A stretch of 36,044 nucleotides of DNA from an uncultured archaeon (GTDB taxonomy: Archaea > Asgardarchaeota > Lokiarchaeia > Sigyniarchaeales > SOKP01). The notes beneath the pieces are model-generated. The model was not told the DNA's origin. It saw only the letters and a program-made list of their open reading frames with translations, and searched no databases. The stretch spans positions 1 to 36,044 of the forward strand of contig CAZGJX010000036.1 in assembly GCA_964525635.1 (NCBI GenBank), written 5' to 3'. This document shows, one piece after another, positions 20,430 to 28,770 of this stretch (positions are counted from its first letter, which is position 1; every line of letters starts with the position of its first letter). Both the position numbers and the translations under genes were made by a program.

Positions 20430-22130
20430 TTAATTTAATGATATTGCCTTATTGAGTTCTTGTTGAAAAGCTCTATGACGGGGAAATTTATTTTTGTAGG
20501 TATCAATAATAATATTACCCTCAGTTTTACCCATTCGACTGGAAATTACTTCGGATAATGCTGCTATCAAATTTGCTGCTTTTTTATAACTATTTCGGTA
20601 TTGGTTTTCAACTATAGCATTCACTCGATTCTTGACCTCCTTACTACATAACTGTAAATATCTTTCTGCTTCTGTATTAGGAAGATGAACAGAAGAAAAC
20701 ACATCATTCATTATTCTCTTATACTCTTTATCAATGTCGTGCTTGCTGATGTCATATAAACAAGCATTTTCAACCACCCAATTCCAAAGAAATTCTAAAT
20801 TTGGCGATTGGAAACCTTTTTTTTTAAGAATTTTAAGAAAAAATGGAACAATAATAGCTTTAGGATTACGTAATCCACTCCAACCCAAAAATCCCTCTTT
20901 TTGACATAAATTAAAGGCTTCCTTAAATTTTCCATCCAATAAATATATTTGACAGAGTAGAGTAATTGTTGCTGAAGCCTTATCCTCTCTATACCTTATT
21001 TGCAATGGTTTAACGGATATGGATTCCTTATCCTTTTGTAGCAGATAATTTACTCTTTCTATAGCTATATTGATCTCATCTTCATACCTACCCAATCGTT
21101 TTGCAATAGGGATAAGGTAGATAAGTTGTAATAATGATGGATTAGAGATAAATGAGTAATGTAAACCCTCTAGTTGAACCTCTAAATCGTCAATCATTTT
21201 GCCTGCTCGGGCAAGACCTTTGGCAATCTCCGATCTTATTGTATATTCCTCTGGTATCTCATTAATACCTTTTCTAGCAGCTTCTATCATCCCTTGATAG
21301 TCTCCTTTTTCTTCTAATATAGCAATCCAATCGAGGTATGATCTTGGATGGTACTTGCCCTCGTTTATTGCTAAACTTTTGATCCCTTGAATCCCTTCCT
21401 TTATCATAACGGCTTCACGTAAGAGGTGGCTGGCAAAAGCACCTTTAGATTTTTTTAGGAAATCTATCCACGCGGATAAAAAGGAATCAAAATCAGGAAG
21501 AGGTTTCAATAAAACATTTATTATATTTTTCATATTTAAATCTTCATCCACCTTATAATAATTAAATCTCTGCATTCCTTCGAATAATTCTTGAGGTCTA
21601 TTTATTAAAGGGGTAGATAGGTAAATCGCACGAAAATATAGTGCTCGAACCTCATCAAGGTCGTTTTTTACCATTTCCCATGGATCTTGACCCGGAAGAT
21701 GTCCTGGTTCTTCAGCCATATCAAGAATATCGAATATTTTAGAATATGCATCTCTTGCAACCTTATAATCGCCATTCATTATTGAATTTTTAGCCCTGCT
21801 GAAAAAGTCATCGACTTCTTCTACCCAACTCTCATCCCCCCAGTCTCTCGAGTCTTGGATCTCATCATCCCATCCCCACCCATTGCAAAATGATCCATCC
21901 TCAACACGTTCCATCAAGTCGTCAATATCCTCCAATAATTCATCATCTGTAAATGATTTTACTTTCACTGGGGGAGGTCTAATTTTTTGTAAGAAAATAA
22001 CTCTTTCATTTGGGTGTGTATCTCTTGCCCATTCATAAAGGATGTCTCTGAGGATCTCTACAGAATATCCTTCCAATTGTTCTTTAACCTGATCCATGAA
22101 TTCTTTAAAACTAATTTCTGGCATTATCAC
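20430..22130 (-). CDS. Hypothetical alpha-helical (TPR-like) protein, 566 aa
   Basis: Long clean ORF with helical-repeat character; C-terminal FPRHRAFQQEL. Confidence 0.75.
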   Translation of the reverse strand: MIMPEISFKEFMDQVKEQLEGYSVEILRDILYEWARDTHPNERVIFLQKIRPPPVKVKSFTDDELLEDIDDLMERVEDGSFCNGWGWDDEIQDSRDWGDESWVEEVDDFFSRAKNSIMNGDYKVARDAYSKIFDILDMAEEPGHLPGQDPWEMVKNDLDEVRALYFRAIYLSTPLINRPQELFEGMQRFNYYKVDEDLNMKNIINVLLKPLPDFDSFLSAWIDFLKKSKGAFASHLLREAVMIKEGIQGIKSLAINEGKYHPRSYLDWIAILEEKGDYQGMIEAARKGINEIPEEYTIRSEIAKGLARAGKMIDDLEVQLEGLHYSFISNPSLLQLIYLIPIAKRLGRYEDEINIAIERVNYLLQKDKESISVKPLQIRYREDKASATITLLCQIYLLDGKFKEAFNLCQKEGFLGWSGLRNPKAIIVPFFLKILKKKGFQSPNLEFLWNWVVENACLYDISKHDIDKEYKRIMNDVFSSVHLPNTEAERYLQLCSKEVKNRVNAIVENQYRNSYKKAANLIAALSEVISSRMGKTEGNIIIDTYKNKFPRHRAFQQELNKAISLN

Positions 22131-22352
22131 TCATAAACTTTTTAGAATTAAAAAATTTATTTCTTAGATTTGTATATATATTCAATACTATTCTAATTTA
22201 TTTTCATTTTCACTAAAAAGTTCTTACAATGCATCCCTGATATTCTCTTACATGTTTATTAATTCATAAAAAGAAATTCTAAAAATAGAAAATAACAAGA
22301 ATATTAATCGAGTTATTAAATAAAATCTAATCTGAGATAAATACTATTTCCC

Positions 22353-22389
22353 AACGAAAATTTAATAGCTACAATAAGAAGATTGAAAT
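22353..22389 (+). CRISPR. Solo degenerate CRISPR-like repeat in the opposite orientation
   Basis: AATAGCTACAATAAGAAGATTGAAAT matches 23 of the last 26 nt of the 9016 copy. Confidence 0.5.
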
Positions 22390-22446
22390 ATAACACTGAT
22401 TAAATTTAAAAAGTTAAAGGCAGGAGATTTATTTAGGATTTATTTT

Positions 22447-22653
22447 TCATTTAAATCTCTTATGATAACATCTTTCGATAAACATGCCAAATGGCTCTTT
22501 CCAAGGTTCAAACTTGTTTGGAACTAATTCTCCAAACTTCTTCGGATTTAATCCAAGTTTATTAGCAATGTCTATTTGGCGAGCGTTAAGCCGATATTTT
22601 GTTTTAGTAATTGCCCGAGGATTCTTGTGTTTATTTTTATTGCTTTTTACCAT
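22447..22653 (-). CDS. Small basic hypothetical protein (HTH-like)
   Basis: YRL...QI.IA.KLGLNPKKFG.L......PWK.P...FIE..Y.KRF; GGAGG upstream of the start. Confidence 0.7.
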   Translation of the reverse strand: MVKSNKNKHKNPRAITKTKYRLNARQIDIANKLGLNPKKFGELVPNKFEPWKEPFGMFIERCYHKRFK

Positions 22654-23196
22654 GATTATCCCTCCATATTAAAATAATTATTCGTCATTCTTTAATAAGT
22701 TACTTTACCTTTTTTTGGTCAAGCAACGTAGTAACTTCCTTGCAGCAGCACTCTAGTCACGAGCTTACCCCTAATTCACTCTTTTTTTTTTCATAATACT
22801 AATATATATAAATCAAAAATGCAAAAATTTTTTCTAATTTATCATGATTTTGATAAAAAGATTTAAATTTTAAAAGTTCTTTGGGTTTGTTCGAAAATAA
22901 TTTCCCTTTCTTAATTGGGCTTCAATATATTTGCAGTGGAATTTCTAAAATTAATCTTTATTTCCAATGAAATAGAAATAATTCTAAATGGCATTATCTG
23001 GAATCATGTTCTTATTTCAGGTAAAATGGAAAGCGGTTCCAATGGAAATATAATAAATGGCCTTAGTTTCTACTGAAAGTAACTCTGATTCAATTAGATT
23101 TCTGTAAATAGTCATTTAAAGGATATATAAACTATATAGATGGATTATGAATTATTTTATTTATAAAAGAATAAAGAGATACATTCAAGGTTCTAG

Positions 23197-23233
23197 ATTT
23201 CAATCTTCTTTCTAAAGTTATTTTTTATGCTAT
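23197..23233 (-). CRISPR. Solo CRISPR-like repeat 80 bp upstream of cas3
   Basis: ATAGCATAAAAAATAACTTTAGAAAGAAGATTGAAAT on the - strand. Confidence 0.65.
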
Positions 23234-23261
23234 ATTCACATACAAGAAACCAAATATTATA

Positions 23262-23311
23262 ACCATTTTGGTAATTACCATTTTGGTAATTCCTTTTACC
23301 AAAAGGAATTA
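23262..23311. promoter_or_regulatory. Tandem and palindromic operator-like elements before cas3
   Basis: ACCATTTTGGTAATT twice (23262-23291), creating the palindrome TGGTAATTACCA; inverted repeat TAATTCCTTTT-ACC-AAAAGGAATTA (23287-23311). Confidence 0.45.
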
Positions 23312-23313
23312 TT

Positions 23314-26037
23314 ATGATAAATAATGAAATATTAGCTAGACCTGGACAATCCCTTCAGGAACATATAAATCAAGTATTTCAAATTTCAAATGATAGATTA
23401 AATTTACTAAAATTAAATATAGAATCTTTTCTAAACGAATTAACCAGATTTTCTTTAGGAATAATATCATATACTCATGATATAGGAAAAGCAACAAAAT
23501 ACTTTCAGATATGGATTAAATCAGAAAAAAATAAATCCCTAGATTCTAAAATACTGAAAAACCATAGTCTTTTTTCATCAATTTTTACTATTGCTACTTT
23601 CTATGTATTAGACAGTTATATAAATGATGATTTTAAAAGTAAATTTATTCAATCCAGTAATTATTCATATATATATAATCATTTTGCTTATATTAGTCAG
23701 CTAATTGTGAGAAGTCATCATAGCAATCTTAAAAATTTATGTACAGTAAATGTACTTGATTTTAATGAAGAAATTATTTTAAGACATAAAAAAAGATTAA
23801 AAAATAGTTGTAAAGAGTTTATAATTAAACTATATAATGAAATAATACTCCCAAATATTTTTAAAAACAATTCTATAATAATTACCAAAAATTTTCAAAA
23901 AAGTTATGAGAATTTTAACCAAATTACAAAGGATATCTTTAGTACTGTAGAAAGGATATTAAATGACCAAAAATTCCGTTTTAAGGAATTATATCATAAT
24001 TTATATATGTATCAAGGAAAAATTCTGGGAATATCTAAATATCTCTCATACAAGATTTTTTTTTTAGGAAAACTAATGCATTCAATTTTACTTGAATCGG
24101 ATAAAATGAACTCCACAATAGGGATAGGATTTTCTATCTCAAATAATTTAACTACGAATAGATTTAATGAAATTCTTAAAAATTATCTTATTAAAAAAAA
24201 ATATCTCATTCCAAATGAAACATTTAAAGATAATTTTATTGACATTAATAAAAAAAGAAGATATATATTAAATAAAGTAAACAATATGGCAGAGAAAATT
24301 TTAGAAAACACAAGCCTTATAAGTTTGCTTTCTGTTCCTACTGGATTCGGAAAAACTTTTTCAGGATTATGTTATGCAAGTAGTATAAAGTCTCCAAGAT
24401 CTAATTTTGAATGTAATAATTTTTTTCAAATTAATCCCAAAATAATATATGCACTTCCTTTCCTTAGTATTATAGAACAAGTTGAGTTAACCATTAAACA
24501 ATTTTTAGGGATTATTAATAAAGGGTATAAAAAAATTGAAAGTACATCTTTCTTAACTCACCATCACTTAACTGAACCTATTTTTAATTTAGAAAATAAT
24601 AGAGAATATGATGAATCTACTGCTGAACTCTTTATAAAAAGTTGGAACTCACAATATATCCTTTCAACTTTTAATCAGTTATTTAATGCTCTATTCAAAA
24701 CAGATAAAAATTCAGCAATAAAATTTTCAAAGATAATTAATTTTACTTGGATCTTAGATGAGATACAATCAATTCCTCTAAAATATTGGAAGATTTTAGA
24801 AGAATCCTTATTAATTATGAATAATTTATTTTTTGTTAACATTTTAATGATGTCAGCAACTCTTCCGAAGATATTGGATATCAATAAATTAAAAAATAAT
24901 AGCACCCCTCAAAACAAAAAAAAAATAATTGAAATCATAACTGATGAAGATTACAAAAGGATATTAAATGGAATTAATAGAGTAAGACTTGAATATCATG
25001 GAACTATTGATTTCTGTTCATTTCTAAAGAATTTAACAAACACTATTCAAGGTTATGTAAAAAAAAAGATAAATTTATTGATTGTATTAAATACAAGAAG
25101 ATCAGCTCAATACACATTTAATTATATAAAAGATTATGTAATACAACAAAAGTCAATAGAAAATAAAGTTCATATAGAATTTCTTGCAGCTACTCAAACA
25201 CCCAAACGTAAATCTAAAATAATTGAAAAAATTAAAAATTTAATTGAAAGTAATACAGATTCTGTATTTAAAAAGAAGAACAAGGAATTAATAATTTTAA
25301 TTTCAACTCAATGTATTGAAGCAGGTATAGATATTGATTTTGATATTGTAATAAGAGATTTTGCACCTTTAGATAGTATTATCCAAGTTGCTGGAAGATG
25401 TAACCGCAATAATAGAGATGATATTTCAATGGGAATTGTTAAAATATATAAGATAAAAGATGATCAAAATAAAAATAAAAGAAATTTTTGCCAATATATA
25501 TATGATTCTCACTTACTTAGATTAACTGAAGAAATTTTTCAAGAAACTCGAAAGAAAGATTCTTTTCCATATCTTTACGAAGAGAAGGAGATTTATACTA
25601 TTGTGAATAAATATTATGAAAATATCGATAATTTCTTTAAAGATGGAAAAATGGAAGAAGAAAGATTAAAATATCAAAGTTATATGTTAAAATTTGAATA
25701 TTTAAATCTTTCAATGGATTTTAATTTAATATCTAATATGAATCCATACAGTATATTTATAGAAGAAGACAAAGAAGCTATTGAAATAATCAAAAAATAT
25801 AAATCATTACAGTTATCTTTTAAGAATAGTAAAAATACACAAGAGTTTCCAATAAAAGAATATAATAAATTATTATGGGTTAAAAAAGCTATACAGAAAT
25901 ATATTATAACAACATATCTAAGTGAAGATGAAAAAATAAAGCTAAAAAATATTGATAAGTTTGGAGATTTATATATTCTATCGTATAAGGATTTAAAAAA
26001 CTTTTATTCAAATGAAATAGGTTTTTATATAAATTAA
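23314..26037 (+). CDS. cas3: CRISPR-associated helicase/nuclease Cas3 (HD + SF2)
   Basis: SLQEH, HDIGK, SHH, VPTGFGKT, DEIQ, SAT, STQCIEAGIDIDF, QVAGRCNR. Confidence 0.95.
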   Translation: MINNEILARPGQSLQEHINQVFQISNDRLNLLKLNIESFLNELTRFSLGIISYTHDIGKATKYFQIWIKSEKNKSLDSKILKNHSLFSSIFTIATFYVLDSYINDDFKSKFIQSSNYSYIYNHFAYISQLIVRSHHSNLKNLCTVNVLDFNEEIILRHKKRLKNSCKEFIIKLYNEIILPNIFKNNSIIITKNFQKSYENFNQITKDIFSTVERILNDQKFRFKELYHNLYMYQGKILGISKYLSYKIFFLGKLMHSILLESDKMNSTIGIGFSISNNLTTNRFNEILKNYLIKKKYLIPNETFKDNFIDINKKRRYILNKVNNMAEKILENTSLISLLSVPTGFGKTFSGLCYASSIKSPRSNFECNNFFQINPKIIYALPFLSIIEQVELTIKQFLGIINKGYKKIESTSFLTHHHLTEPIFNLENNREYDESTAELFIKSWNSQYILSTFNQLFNALFKTDKNSAIKFSKIINFTWILDEIQSIPLKYWKILEESLLIMNNLFFVNILMMSATLPKILDINKLKNNSTPQNKKKIIEIITDEDYKRILNGINRVRLEYHGTIDFCSFLKNLTNTIQGYVKKKINLLIVLNTRRSAQYTFNYIKDYVIQQKSIENKVHIEFLAATQTPKRKSKIIEKIKNLIESNTDSVFKKKNKELIILISTQCIEAGIDIDFDIVIRDFAPLDSIIQVAGRCNRNNRDDISMGIVKIYKIKDDQNKNKRNFCQYIYDSHLLRLTEEIFQETRKKDSFPYLYEEKEIYTIVNKYYENIDNFFKDGKMEEERLKYQSYMLKFEYLNLSMDFNLISNMNPYSIFIEEDKEAIEIIKKYKSLQLSFKNSKNTQEFPIKEYNKLLWVKKAIQKYIITTYLSEDEKIKLKNIDKFGDLYILSYKDLKNFYSNEIGFYIN

Positions 26038-26078
26038 CTATATTCATGCTCTTAAATATTTTAACTGGAAATATGAAT

Positions 26079-26885
26079 TTATATTAAATATTTAAAAATC
26101 TGAAGAACTAATTGTCCTTTTTCAGTAATAAAAAATTTTTTATTTCTCTTATCCTTGCTTATTCTGATATATTTTAGCTCTTTTGCGAGTGGTTTTAGAA
26201 ATCGTTGATTTAATTTCATATAGTAACTTGCTTGTCTAAATCGAGGATCATAATGTTTTCTCTCTAAATCAAGAAAACCTTTTTCTATTAATACATTCAA
26301 TAAGATTTTTTTATATATGAAAGGATTAGAAGGTTCAATATCTTTATCTGCATATTTATTAGTCATAGTTTTATGAATTATTTTAAGAATTCTAATAAGA
26401 TTTTTATTGGGTTTTTGAATTGGGAAGATTTTAGGCGTTTGAAATAATAAATCCCCTTTATGAATAGCTCCTGAGTTAAAAGGATCATATTTTGTTGAAT
26501 AAAGATAGATAAGGTCACAATTCCAAAAACGGGAAGCTTCCGTTGATGCTATTGCGGTAATTTTGGATCCTATTCCAATATTGATAAATAATTTGCAATT
26601 AGGATCTTGAGTTCTCTCAGTATAAATAATTTTTGAAACTTCTTGAATAGTTTTAATATAATTGGTATAATCTTATTCTTGATGGACAATTTCCAAAGAA
26701 GGTATTTCCTTTTCTAGAAAGTTTATATTTTCATGATAAAAATCAATATTTTCATTTTTTTGACCTGTTTTTTTTATAAATGCTGTAAAATAATAAACCT
26801 TATTTGGCTTATAAAAGAGAATTGGTTTTGTTATTCTTTTAGTTTCTTTACTATTAAATACAATTTGAATATTTTTCGAAGCCAT
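26079..26885 (-). pseudogene. Csa3/DUF6293-like regulator (CARF-like Rossmann + wHTH) with one in-frame TAA at 26673-26675
   Basis: ORFs 26673-26885 and 26079-26366 are in one frame joined by open codons (INIGIGSKITAIAS..ASRFW); C-terminal wHTH LKPLAKELKYI...ITEKG. Confidence 0.7.
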
Positions 26886-27694
26886 ATCTAATTTTTAGAT
26901 AATTTTTGAATTTTGATCTTTTATATTAAATAATTATTCACTTTTCTATAAGAGTATTTGGGAATATTATTAATAATAAATTAGATTTTAGAAGTATTAT
27001 AATAATAGAGAAGACGATAGCGATTATAAATAGATTATTTTTTAAGGAAAATTTATAAGCTAGCTCAAACTTGAAAAAAAAGAAAGAAATATCTAAGAGA
27101 ATTATGTAGGATTGTTTGAATATAAATAATTAATTTTTATTTATGCGAAAAAAAAAGTTAGTATGAAATTGTATTAAAAAAGGTTCTAATCTAAAAGATT
27201 TAAATTTTCAAATCTAATTTATGAAATTTATTATTTTTAATCATAAATAATTGGAAATGAGTTCATTCGGACTCTATTCGATATGGGTTTTGCTGATATC
27301 AGCTCTTGTAATCAAAGGATATATTCCAAACTTCATATGGACACTTTATATTAAAAATGGCAACTAATTCTTAATATTTTTAATAATCTTGATAACTTTA
27401 ATCTTAGTGGATAAACTACAATATTGATGTATTAGAGACATTTCTAAAACTATCTGTATAAAAATAATTTTAATGCTAAATGCATTATATCTTTTTAATA
27501 TTTCGGTCAGCTAGCTAATAAAATAATATGAGATATTGTGTAAGAAATTAGGTGAATTGTTGATTTTTATATTGGAATATTCTTTTAAGATCTTAAATAT
27601 TTCTATCAAATTTCCTGCTAGGTTGTTTAGCTATGGAAATAATAAATAATAATTTTAGAGAAATAATTGAGTTTAAGCGTGTTTTTTTTATTTT

Positions 27695-28726
27695 TTATTT
27701 TTTATTTTTATTACGTTTCCATTGTAAATATCCTTTTGTTTCCTTTCCTCTCCAAATTGCATTTTTTCCAGTCTCTTTCTCGAATAAATCATGAAGTTTT
27801 TCTTCATGGGACTCACTTTGAATATCTGATATATCTCGAATAGATCTATAATTTGAAGACTCTTTATATTCATCGTAAGCTATTTCAATAGCTTTTTTAC
27901 TGATTTTATCGTAAAACCTACTCATTTGATTAACGAATTCTTCTTTATTATTCCAAAAATCAGGAGGTTCCATTCTTTTTATGATACTTGCAGAAATTTT
28001 TGGAATAGTAATATCTAATGTAAATGGAACTAAATTATCGCCTTTCCAATAGTTTTCAGGAGATATAAAATTTTTTCTTTTTTGTACAAGAATTTTTTTT
28101 TTTGAATTATCTTGAGAATTGTTTCCATATTTACTTCTTTTATTGCGCAATAATGTGATTATGTTTTGTTTCGTTTGACCTCTAATCTCAAAAAGCATAA
28201 ATGGATCCCGATCAAACTCTTCTGCCAAGATATAGTGTACCGCAGCTATGTGTTTGCAAGGATTAGCATAATCCGGGCATGAACAATTGGTTTTTATATC
28301 CTTCTTGGATTTAGGAAACAATGGAATTCCTACAGACTCGAATAACTCTTCTATATTTTGAGGCATTTCCCCAGCTAAGAGCTTGGCAGCAAAAATTGCT
28401 TTTTCAGCCATTAAATCTATTATTTTTTCCCATTCTTTTACATTTAAGTTTTCAATTTGAATCGTTACATTGTATGGTTTTCTTACGGTACCTTGAACTT
28501 TTGCATTAACTATTCCAGAATTTAACTTGAATTCTATTACTTGACCTGCCCTAGCATATCTCCGACCTCTTTCAAGTCTATTATTCCATCCAAATGATTC
28601 AAGAATGTTTACCCATCGTTTTGACCACCAGGTTTCACCAATATCTCCTCTCTTGCTTTTAGCTTTAATTCCCCCTTCAACCTTTATCGGTTTGGAGGGT
28701 TTGTAAGAATAATATCGCCAACTCAT
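27695..28726 (-). CDS. SWIM zinc-finger protein, partner of the SNF2 helicase
   Basis: RLERGRRYARAGQV; CSCPDYANPCKH; FDRDPF. Confidence 0.92.
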   Translation of the reverse strand: MSWRYYSYKPSKPIKVEGGIKAKSKRGDIGETWWSKRWVNILESFGWNNRLERGRRYARAGQVIEFKLNSGIVNAKVQGTVRKPYNVTIQIENLNVKEWEKIIDLMAEKAIFAAKLLAGEMPQNIEELFESVGIPLFPKSKKDIKTNCSCPDYANPCKHIAAVHYILAEEFDRDPFMLFEIRGQTKQNIITLLRNKRSKYGNNSQDNSKKKILVQKRKNFISPENYWKGDNLVPFTLDITIPKISASIIKRMEPPDFWNNKEEFVNQMSRFYDKISKKAIEIAYDEYKESSNYRSIRDISDIQSESHEEKLHDLFEKETGKNAIWRGKETKGYLQWKRNKNKK

Positions 28727-28770
28727 TTATTTCACCTTAATTATTATATTGAATTGTTTTTAATTAATAT

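Noticed and set aside
22180-22316. Extra very degenerate repeat copies near 22180 and 22280 (the latter one 73-nt period before 22353)
   Set aside because: Similarity is limited to A/T-rich stretches and the conserved 3' end is missing
6297-26675. Stop-codon reassignment suggested by several in-frame TGA/TAA codons (6297, 12895, 15125, 16944, 19865, 26673)
   Set aside because: TAA and TGA both end intact genes here, and several of the affected genes are also frameshifted or truncated; pseudogenisation is simpler
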